Shown: positions 50,683-62,487 of the stretch, one piece after another | Numbering within the stretch: the stretch's first letter is position 1 | How the letters are laid out: the number at the start of each line of letters is the position of its first letter | Origin: Paraspadella gotoi | Taxonomy: Eukaryota > Animalia > Chaetognatha | Length of the DNA stretch: 64,000 nt | Reading direction: 5' to 3' | Assembly (NCBI GenBank): GCA_051294375.1 | Contig: CM119271.1 | Span: 14,514,770-14,578,769, forward strand | Made by a program: the position numbers and the translations under genes | Notes under the pieces: model-generated | Seen by the model: only the letters and a program-made list of their open reading frames with translations | The model's database searches: none | Told to the model about the DNA's origin: nothing

Positions 50683-53600
50683 GAACCCCAAAAAGCCGCT
50701 GGCGCCGGAGCCTCCATCTTAGAAACAGTAGCGCCGGCTTGGAAGTGGAACGGGCCGACGAGTTGGTGGCGCCGGGAGTGACTTTCCACGGACGCGTTGG
50801 CATCGTAAAAGGAGAAAAGAGCTTCGAGATGGGAAAGCGGCGGCGACGATGACGATGACGACGAAGATGAAGTTCCGACGTTGGCGGAGAATTCCGAACA
50901 AGATAACGTGAGTCTCGTGACGGACGAGTGATTGGGTTCGGAATCGAATCCACGCGGAGTCAGCGTCGAAGCCGTGGACGCCTTGGACGAGCTCTTCCGC
51001 GGCGCGTCGGTCACGGCGATGACATCCTCTTCCGACGCCTCGAAGCGTAACACCAACTGGTTCGTTGAGAGGGAGGCGTGGCCGATGGCGCCGCCGAAGA
51101 GGAGGCGAGAGGGGTCCCTGTTTGGTGGTTGAGAGTAGGACGAGGATGCGGAGGAAGAGGAGGAGGTTCGGCGAAGTCGGGTTCGGAGGAAATCCACAGT
51201 TGGGTGAGACAACAGTCTCGAGGTAAGCGAGTTCAGACCGTTGGAGAAAAGATCGAATTTCGCGACGCTGGAGATAAAGAAAAATCGAATTTTATCGACC
51301 AATGACCATTACTAACAATGTCAGTCTTACATGATATACTATTTCTATTGAAAAAGACCTTAGAGTCGCGCAGATCGGCCGGTCCATGATCAACGACATC
51401 TTGGTCGGACGAGAGAGGAAGTCTTCCACTTTGATCGTGTACAAACTCGGAAGGATTCCCGTCTTCGGATTCGGTTCGCCCTGAAATTTAAAAAAAGGTA
51501 AAGTCATTAAAAAAAAAAATCGAGGCTCTCTTCCTCCACGTTCTCCCCCACCTGTTTGGTCTCGATCCACGGCATCTCAAAGTCGTTGGCAAAGGGCAGC
51601 AGCTGCTCGTCCGAGTCGACCCTGCGTCCCGCCGCGGCGCCGCGGAGGCTGGCGTCGAAGCAGCTCAGCTCGAGTCGCTGACGCTGATGGGAACAGGAGA
51701 CGAGGGTGTGGGGCTGAGCGAAGCCGACGGAGAGGAGGGGGGCGACGACGAAGGAGTAGGAAGAGGAAGGGGAGGAGGAAGAGGAAGAAGATTCGTCTCC
51801 ATCGTAAGGATCCTCTAGTTCCGATGAGGTCTGAGGAAAGAGGAAGGGGGTGGATGAGAGAAATCGTGTATTAAATGTACAAAGTAAAAGTAAAAGAACA
51901 TAAAATGTAATTTTTTTGGTTAATGTTTACATGAGCCTGGGCAGGTTTTTCGGCTTTGGGCTCCCGTGGGCAATACTCGTAAGCGAAAAAAGAGATTTTA
52001 TTCGCTGTGAGTAAAACGTCGAAGGGTACAAAGTCCAAAGCATCCTTCGGGGTCTTTGTTGTTGTTGTTGTCGTTATTTTCCCAGATTTGTTAGTTTCTT
52101 CATTTTCATTGAACAATGAGATTCCTCTCTTTTCGTCGTTTCTGTAAATGAATAAGAAAATTGCTTTTAAGTTTAAAAAGGGAGGAAAATGGATTTTAGA
52201 ATTGCCATTCGACAAACTCTCACTTGCTGCCGGAACGCCGCCGTTGCGACAAAGCGTCGCTGTCGATTCCGCTGTCGGCGACGACGGACGTCAACGAATT
52301 CGTCTTGGAGGATGAAGACGACGACGACGAAGAAAAGGGGGCGTTCATGACGTCGGCCAACGCGCTGAAGGAAGAGAAAAAACGTGAGGGTTTATTAGAG
52401 AAGCCATTAACTTCCCCTTTTCTCAGATCCGGAGTCAGTACCCAAAGGCTCGAATGGTTTGTCCCAAAAGGTCGAGTCCGAGATCGAGTTGATGCTGACC
52501 CAAGAAGAGATCCACATCCGTCGTCGCGTTTATCTCCATCGAATGACCGCAGACCCAACGATCGGCGAAACGAGCCGACTCGGTCTCGAAAACCTTTGTT
52601 TAAAGTAAAATGGTAAGGGAGTGGTCTTTTCATACAATTGAAACATTCTTTGAAATATTATACCACTTCATTGATAGGGAAGCCAGGCACTCTGGGAGTG
52701 AATAAACGAGACTGTGAGAGAGTCTTGATTGAAAGCTTGCAGGGACCTGCTATGTCATTATCTTGTAAGAGTGATGGAGGCCTTAAACCACCAAAGCCTG
52801 TCCAAAGTCAGGGGCAAGATAGCTTATTTATTAAATGAATGGATAATTTTTATATTGGTTGTACCAATTTCATGTAATAATAATACGTCGGTAATATTTC
52901 GAGATTGAAACTTGACATTAGTACAAGTCTTGACACTTACCTTTCGAGCGACGGCAGGAGCGGCGACGATTCTGAGATCGAAAGTGGTGGCGATGGGGAC
53001 GACTTTGACGACGGAATCCACGAGATTCGAGTCATTGAAGTTGAGACCTAATAAAATAAACAAATACGAAAAGTAATACCCTTTTTAAAAACCCCTTTAT
53101 TCCACAAAGGATCGCCACTGTTGTCCTCAGCAACGTCTCGCACCTTCTCCTAAATTGTCGGCGTCTGCGGCGTCCAGCTTGTTCCACTCGACGGCCGGAT
53201 TTTGATGCTGATAACCGGAAGTCAGAGCGGCATCGTCGGCGCCGGGGAAGGCGGCGCCGGACAGCGACTTGAAGAAAAACGATCAATCATTAGAACTAAT
53301 TTATCGACTTCAACGATTCGAAAATAAACTGACTTGGACGTCTTTCCAACATCCCGTCGACAGGTTTATACCATTGAGATCGATTTGGTATTGACGGTCT
53401 TCTACCTCCGAACCTATTATTGATAAATCTACGTTATTTAACAAATCAACATTCTTCTTCCGGTTTCATTATCTCTTTTCTTTTACCGGGTACGTTGAGC
53501 TTTCCCCGGCGAACGGCGCGATCGAAGGCGTCTTGATCGAGCACCATTCGCGGGAGAGGGTTGTCCGCCTGAGGGACGATCACCGCTTCGCCCACTTGGA

Positions 53601-55291
53601 AGAGGAGGAGATCGTGACGAACGGGCGGAGGGAGGAAAGGCCAGGAAGAGGAGGCTGGGGAAGACAAAACGAATCCATCGATGGAATTAATTTCCGAGTC
53701 ATCAATCTCCTTTGCATTTTCGTAGTTCTTATTTTCGATGACCCGTGATTCAGATTCAATTTTCTTCAGAGTTTTTTTTTTTGCAAACTTTCTCGTCTTT
53801 ATCAAAAAATTACTTTCATTGGGAGATTATCACTTATGATGGCTGAACTTTCAATCAAAAATTTAAATTTAATAAGAGGTGAGATTAATATAAACCTCCT
53901 CGTGTTTAAGAAGGTAAAAATTAATGAGCCGACTTAAGATGGTTTTAAAGCTTTTTGATGACGAAGAAGCCTGTGAAACCTTGTAATTCATGTCATGTCG
54001 CCGACGAAAATGCTGAGTGAAGACCAAGTATATCGCAGACCACATAAAATATTTTCCATGAGGAAAAGGCAAACGTACAAAAGGATCGAATATCGACGAA
54101 TGCGAAAATCTCTATCGGCGATAGAGGAAGAGGATAGAGAAGAAGAGGAAGAGGAGAATAGGAGAGAGGAAAATCGAGAGAGAGCGAGAGATCGCCGGAT
54201 ACTACAGTAATTTAGTAAAAAATAAGGTTCTACCTTGGTGGTCTTTGACATCCCTCTCGTCTTCATCCTCGTCATCATCATCGTCGATCGGCATGAAGAT
54301 TCGCATTGACGACGTCGTCAGATAAACCAGCGGAAGTTGTGAAGTGAAGAAGTTGAGCATCGTGGAAGAAGAAGAGGACGAGGAGGAGGAGGTCGACGAC
54401 GACGACGACATCGAAGAAGACAACAAACTTATCAAAGGTTCAGCCACGGCCGCCGCCGCCACCACCAGGGAACTCTGCAGTATGACGTCGCAGGGTTGCA
54501 TTTTGAGGCAGATCTCGTGAAGGTAAGGCAAACGGCCACGCCCACTTCCGCGTCCCCTGGCGCCGTCCGCCGTTTCTCCTTCGTCCCTCCTCCGCTCGAT
54601 GCGGGCGCGAACGTTTCGGCAGAGGGCGCTCGTGAGAGTGAGAGCGAGAAAAGCGCGGGATTTGTCCAGTGGGCGTGGCAAAGGGGCGAAGAAGTCGGAG
54701 GCGGGGGAGATGGATGAGTAGGCGACGCGGTCGTGAACGATTTGAAGATGGGAGGTGAGGCGGTCGGGTGAGGAAGTGAGGACCTGGACGGAGGAGAAAA
54801 AGAGATACAGAAAGATGGCTTTAAACGATTTTAACTGCTTTACTAATTTCTAAAAATCTTAAAGTATAGTGATCTCGCCAGACGTTACTATCAAAGAAAG
54901 CTAATAAAAAAAAGGAAGAATGATTAATATGATAACAAATTATTAATGTAATAATAATTGATTGATTGATGTAATAGTAATTGATTGATTGATATAATAA
55001 AAATTGATTGATTGATGTAATAGTAATTGATTGATTGATGTAATAGTAATTGATTGATTGATATAATAATAATTGATTGATTGATATAATAATAATTAAT
55101 TATTGATACGATGATAACCAAATATTAATATGATGATAACCAAATAATGGATGCGATGATAATCATTTATTGATGCGATGATAATCATTTATTGACACGA
55201 TGATAATCATTCATTGATCCAATGATAATCATTCATTGATGCGATGATAATCACTCATTGTAAATAAAAACAAACAAATGCGTGTATGAGT

Positions 55292-55322
<31 letters not shown>

Positions 55323-58300
55323 AGAGAAAAAAAAATAGAAGCTGGACAACCGCCGCCGCCGAAAATAGTCACAAAAAAGCTAAAGCGACCCCAAATCACG
55401 CCAAGACAGGCCTTAAGCCTGTCTGGCGAGATAAAAACATTTCTTTTCTGTCCATTACTCACCACTCCCAAATAAGGTCCCGGTCTCCATTCTTCCTCAG
55501 CTTTCGATCTAACGAAATGATTGACTTGAAAGGCTCCGATTTTGAGTTTAACTTTGGAATAAATCTCTTGCACATCGACTGAGGCCGTCGCGTCCTCCGA
55601 GTCGGCCACGACGAGTAACTGCGCGCCTCGGGGGCCACTCTGAAACCCAAACATCTTGAAGGTCGCCTTGGGGAGCGTCCACTGGATCCATAAGGAAAGG
55701 TGGGGCTCCGTCGCTGGAAGGAGAAGGAAAAGATGTAGAAGATTGTCCTCTTCTTCTAAAAATTTGAAAATTTAAGTCAAAACGACGGCGCGCCCACCGG
55801 AGACTCTTTCCACGACGCCGTCATCCGCCGTCGCCTCTTGATTACGCGCATGAGCGACTTCCGGCGCCGCCTCCCGCGCGCCCTTCCGGCGAGTATCGTC
55901 TTCGCGTGAAGAGGACGCCATCGTCGATGGCGCGCGACGAGAGTTCGAAGTCGGCCCGAGTGGGGGCGGGGCTGAGGGAGAGTTGCAAAAAAACTTAATT
56001 TTTCGTGATCTCCGTTGAAAGCAAATTAAAATTGCAAACCTCCTTCGAGCGTCTCATCGGCTGCAGCTGCGGCTGCGGCGCCGTTGTCGTCTTTGTCCTT
56101 CAATTCGTCCGTCGCTTCTTCCGAAAACAAAAGAGCCGAGGCGACGTCGGCCAAACGACGATGAAGAACAACCAACTATAAAGCAAAAGGAAAATGGTAA
56201 ATCCGTTTGACTAACGTCGAAAGAAAAACTTCAATGCAACTATAAAGCAAAAGGAAAATGATAAATCCGTTCGACTAACGTCGAAAGAAAAACTTCAATG
56301 CTTACCTGAGACGCGGTCGCCGTCGCCAGCGCCAATTGCGGCCGAGAGACGGCGACCACTTGAGGGTCGAGATCAGCGTGGACGCAGAGGCTGAGCAGCG
56401 GCGGTTTCGAGGCTGCGGTCCCGGTCGCGGTGGCCCGGCCGCCTGAAGCCGAGACGGCCAGCGTCCCGGTGGTCGTCGAAGGGTGGATGAGGTAATCGAG
56501 GCGCAAAGAATCGTGGGATTTTTGTTTTCTGTGTTTCTTCTTTTCGCGATTTTTGACTGTTTTGGCGGAAAAGGGAGAAGCTTCGTCGGACAAAACGGAG
56601 TAAACGGCGAAACCTGTAAATATATTAACAAAAGTGATTTAAAATGAAAACGTCAAAAATGTTAAAAAATATGACACGAGTGTAACTTTTGGTTCCTCAA
56701 TCTCATTTGCATATTGTAGCAGAGTAGATTATTTCTATATCTCATAATCATGTTTTTTTAGAAGTTTTAAATTATTATTTTGAGGATACTTTTAATAGGG
56801 TTTAATAATCTTTCAATTTTGCGAATACTTTTTAGATATTTCATAGCATAATTGTAGCTTTACAAATGAAAATATTTTTCTTCTCATGATTGATGAAAAA
56901 AATCACCACTCAATATTTTACATCACCGGTTAAATTTGACACAAAATATGATTGGATGGCTGACTTTAAGTTAAGACATTAGCAAGTAATTAGGAAGATG
57001 GTAGTGCGAGCTTCAATCTCTAAATAGGTCAGCAAAGACAGAAAACACTGACAAAACAGCAAATTGAGATTAAATATCTCGCCCTCGACGGAATAAACCG
57101 CCCCACGAACCTTCCAGTCTAAGCGTCCACGGAAGTCGTTCTCCGCTGAAGACAAAATCGGCGAGACGAGGGACGGGAATCTCGGGAGACGCCTCGACGA
57201 GCGTCTCCTTCGCCCCTGGACTCGTCACCGTCAACGCGGGCGTGGAGACGCAAAGGCAAGGAGGAGGAGGATGGGAACGGGAGGAGAGGATGTCAGAGAA
57301 GGAAGAGACGAAGGAAGGAGAAGAGGAGATTGGGAGATAAAGAGAGGAGCGAGGAAAGACGACGAATGAGGAGGAGAGACGGAGGTTGACTTCGAGACGT
57401 CTGGCGGTGGAGGAAACACGATTTTAAATCAAATTAACTTTGAAAATAATTTTAATTTGTTAAGCGTTTAGACCAAAGACTAACCTTAAAACCGCGTAAA
57501 CGGTCGGCAAAAGTCTCTTAACCCGAGACATCATTTCGTTTTTCCGTTCAGAGACGCGATCGACAGCAGCGACGGCAGCGGCGGCGGCTGCTTCTTCTTC
57601 GGTCATCGTCGCTTCGTCGTTCTGGTCTTCGTCGACTTCGAAGGCCGCAACTGATTCGGACTCCAATTCAACCGTCGAATCTTTGCCGCTTAAAAAAAAA
57701 AAAAGACCCAGAATTTATTCAAGCATAATATTTCTTAAATCAAGAAGACGAAAGGACCAATAGGATAATACCTAACTTTAAAAGAAGTCTTGACCAAATT
57801 CCCATCTCTCGAATCGTTCGTCCGCTCAGCGACGGAACGAGCAGACAGTTCTGGCATATTGTCTTCGCCCAACGTCTCGACCGCCGAATCCGTCGTCGCT
57901 GAGGGCGTCGGCATCTTCTTCGTCGTCAGCGTCGTCGACGACCGCTTCTCCGGAAGAGACTTGGGCGTCGGCGCGTAGTCTAGCCAAGTGATCAGCAAAG
58001 GGTCGAGGTTGGCAGCCACGCCTTGAACGCGAAGTGTGGCTATGATTCTGAGGGAAAGGAAAAAGTCAACTCGAGTGTGCACGTGGAATTTTGAGACAAA
58101 CCGCCCTACCTTCTATCTTAAAATTACGTCAATATTATTAATTTAAATTGGCAAATTAGTTTAAGAAGCTCCACCTGCACTTGACATCGAAATCAACGAT
58201 GTTTTCCCAATCCGTGGGTAACTGAAGAGCGAAGGCGACCAGCTCCTCCGATTCATCTGTCGCCGTTGCCGCCTCAGGAGTCCTGGCGGCATCTTGATGC

Positions 58301-61300
58301 CGCGGGCCCCGAATGCGACGCAACGAGTCGGTTTCCTCTTTTCCAGACAAAAGGCAAACGTCGGCGTCGTTTCCGGCGACGGCATCGAAACGTTGCAGCG
58401 AGAGGCGGACCGAGGAAAGAGTTCCGCTAACGGCGAAAACGTCCGAGTTGATCACGAACTTTGACTGGATAAAAATAATTTGGGAAATATTGTAGAAGTT
58501 CTAGAAACTAGAGAGAAGAATTCGTATAGCAGGGATGCTACATGAGAAGAAACTCAATCTCATTTGAAATGATTCACAAATTAAACTGTGACGTTCGAAG
58601 AATTAGTATTGAACCTGCAACGAGGACATTTGAAAAGTCAGCGTGGGAAATCCCCGTTTCGGATGAAATGTGTCATCGACAACAGAACTGTTTTTCTGAA
58701 AAGAAAAAAAAAGACAAAATACGTGAAAAAATCTTTCACTCTCCTGCTTTAAATATAAAAAAAAGAATGACAACCCAAAACGATGTCTAAAATATCTCAA
58801 TGCTAACTAAACTAAATTTGACATTATTTCTGCCATATGTAAATTTGTTTTAAGAGCCCAAAACTTTGTTTTCAATATTCTAACCTGAAATGGGTTGGGA
58901 TTGAGATCGATCGGTGCCCCCAAGAACTTGGCGAGAAGCTGCGAGGATCTTGAAATCGTTGGAGGCGTCTTCGACATCGACGTCGACCGAACAACGCCGC
59001 TCGGATGAGACGGCGGCGCCACCCACGTAAAAACAATCTTGGAGAAAAGGTGCAATTGAGGCGGCGTGAGGTGGAGCTGGAGTTGGGAGCATTCTGGAAG
59101 GAGGATGAAATGAAGATGCTTAACCAAATCATAAATCGTAAATAAACAGTAAACACGGACCGAGCATGTATCCATGGCGCGGCAACTCTGGGTCCTCGAT
59201 GGCGGAAGAATTGATGAGGGTCTTGGCAAAGGCGGCCGCGTTGAAGGGATTCATGACGACGAGCGATGGTTGCGATTTGGGCGCCATCTTCGGTTTGATG
59301 TAACTCAGAATAGCCTGTACAATATTTATATTAGTTCAAGACAAATACGTTTCTTTTTAAAATCATATGTATCCGAATTATACTTGCAATCCGAAGACGT
59401 TGACGGAGCGCTGGATGTAGCAGAGATGCGCGAGCTCATCGACGTCGGCCGGAGCGGCGGCGCGTATGGCGGCCACGATTTTTGAAGGATACATCGGCAG
59501 CGACGTTTGAAAGTCGACTCGATCGAAGATCAATGCCAGACAGGGAAGAGTCTTCCCACCCAGAGGAGACGATGGCCTTTAGGGAAGGACGGAGAGATAG
59601 GGAAAGAGAGATAGAAAGATAGAAATTTAGGGTTCTGTGCCTGTGGACGCAACAAATAAAAATCGAGTAAAAGGGAATACCACGATCAAATCAACTCCAA
59701 TTCTCACCGTTTGCTCTTTTCTGGGTCCTTGCCGGTCTTCGCCTTTCCAGCGGTCAACTTTCTCGGACCAGCAGCGGCAGCGGCGTCGTAGAATCCGTGA
59801 TCAGCGGCGAAGATCCTCACTTTCCAGTGAACCAGCGCCACGACGTAAGATCGCGTGGGAACGAAATCAGTCAGGACTGTAGTTTGACGCTCGGCCTCCC
59901 CCGCCTAATTTTAAAAGCAAAATACGAATAACCAAAAAACCGAAAAAAACTGATAATAACAAGCTCCCTCTAACACCCAGTCTCACCGCCATCCCCCCGA
60001 CGCTTTCGTCCCGCGCGACAACGTATGGATCATACTGATGATCCTGAGCCCAAAAGAGAATCCTCTCCAGGCGATGGACCAGACCCGAGGATATGACCGA
60101 GTGGGCGGGGCCGAAGAGAACGCGGACGGTCAGGGATTCGTGGCGGCGACGGGGCGGTCGCGGGGAAATGGATGCGCCTGAAGAGTGACAAGGGGAGCGA
60201 AATTATTTCCCACTTTTTTTAATAATTCATTTCCCCCCCCCCATTATCCTTATTTCATTTCCCCTTATCCCTCACCGTCGCCTTCTGGTTCCTCCTCCTC
60301 CTCTTCCTCTTCCGGCGACTCCATGGCGTAGACGCTGTCCGCCCAAAAGGCGCCGAAGCGTTCGATGGCAAAGGATTCGCTGAAATGCGCCAGGTGGCTC
60401 TCGCGGTCTAGAAACAAACGCGGCTCAACGCGTCTGGGGGAGACAAAAGAACAAGTGGCGGTCTGAGAAAAGAAAAAGGGAACGATGGATAAATAACAAG
60501 TCGTACCTGTTTTCGGCTCCCAATTCGTCGAAAAGAGACCCAGTCAGAAAATGGAGGGATCCTTTGGCCGATGGAGGGCATCCGCTACGAAAAATTAAAA
60601 GAGATATCGAAGACACGATAAGAAAAAAGAAAGAAAGGAAAGAACTTACCTGTTAAAGTAAGGAATCATTAGCGCGTAGTCGTCCTCGAAATGATCGCGG
60701 ACGCCGCAAACGCATTCTCCGCGTCCGTAGGCGCGGACGGCGCTGACGCCGAACTGGCACGAGCTGAACAGATCCTCTGTGAAAAAATGGAACAAAAAAG
60801 GTAATATGATATTTTCCTTTCTTTCCTAATCTCTCAAATTCTTTTCTAATCCTTTAATTTCTTTTCTTATCCGCCAATTTATTTTCTAATCCATCATTAC
60901 TTTTCTAATCTTGAATGTCTTTTCTAATTTTAAATTTAATTTCTTTTCTTAAGTTTCTTTCCTAATTTTAAATTTCCTATATCCTTTCTTCTTTTTTCTT
61001 TTCAGCTTTTGTTACTTTTCTTATGTAACTTTTAGTATGTAACAACGAATTTTTTATTGACATAGAAAGTCGGACATGTTTCGACTCTGTCTTGAGAGTC
61101 TTCATCAGCGTTGATGTTTTCCTTAAATTTAAACGCAACGAAAAGAAAGAATCATAACAATTATTCTTCTCTTTATCTTATTCTTTGCTTTTGTTTGCTT
61201 TTTTCCCCTTTTTTTCTTTACCCTTCTCTCTTCCCCCCAACTCACCCTTAATTCCGTCTCCCTTGCAAAGTATTTCAATGGCAACGCCCTCGGCGACCAC

Positions 61301-62452
61301 CGTGACGAGAGGACGGAAGACGAGCTTCTGCGGTCCGTAGAGCGGAGACTCGTGGACGGCGCGCGTCGCCTTTAACGTCAACGTCCCTCGGTCAGCGTAG
61401 AAGCCCAACGAGACGACGGGCGATTCCGGGGGAGTCTGAGCAAAAACGTAAAAAAATATATTTACCCATTTAATCATTCATCATCATCGTCATCATTATC
61501 ATCGTCATCATCGTCGTCATCATATTCCAATCGTTTCACCTGATGAGCAATTCTTCCCTCCGGGCCGACGTCGCCGTAGAACTCCTCGTAATCCTCCTGC
61601 GGCAAAATCGGAGGAACGTAGGACCACGCCCACGACATCCAACCTGAAGAAGCGACATCTATCATAAGTATTTCAAGCGAAAAGTATCTAGGCGACGACG
61701 AACCGTCTGATCCTTCCGGGTTTTCGACGTTCTCTTGCTCGTCGTCGTCGTCGTCGTCGTCATTGTCTTCTTTTTCCGCAGCCTCGTTATCGCCGTCGCC
61801 TTCCGATTTAGGTTTCGATTCTGCGTCTTTCGTCACCGCGTCGGCAGGTCGCGTCTTTGAACCGTAACCTGGGGATTAGCCATAAATCCTAATTATAATA
61901 TGATCGAACCACAACCAATCATATTAATTTACTAAAACAAAATCACAATAAGTAACCTTCAAGGCAATATAATAAAAATTTTCTTAAAGATTAATTAAAA
62001 TACGATAATATGCAAATAAGATTTATGAACTCAACGCCATTCACAAACCAATTGAGCCCGGTGTCCCTCCCATCCTCACCCTCGAACCAAATGGCGACGA
62101 AGAGGTTGTACAGTCTGAGAAACATCGGGAGCTGAGCGTCGGTGAGAGAGACGTCGAATTCGTGGCAGAGGAAACTGAACTTGACGCTGGAAGGGAATTT
62201 CGAGGAGGCGGAGTCGAAATGCATGTGGGCGCGACAGGTCACCGAGCATTTGTAGAGGAGGGGCTCTTGATAAGCCTCGATTTTGCCTGGCGAGATTGGA
62301 AGGTGAGACTCTCAGGCGTGTGTCATTTGCTTTTGGTTAAATTGATGATCTTCTTACCTGTCGTGTTTCGTTTGTCCAAGCAAACCGTCAGGTCTGATAC
62401 AGAAACGAGCCGTCGCAACACCTAGAAATGAAAAATGTATTTTTTTCTCTCT

Positions 62453-62487
<35 letters not shown>

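Noticed and set aside
52620-52830. CpG-poor intronic stretch with IDRE..VRES..DGG words reminiscent of a Penelope GIY-YIG C-terminus
   Set aside because: Motifs fall in different frames with stops; too weak without a profile search.
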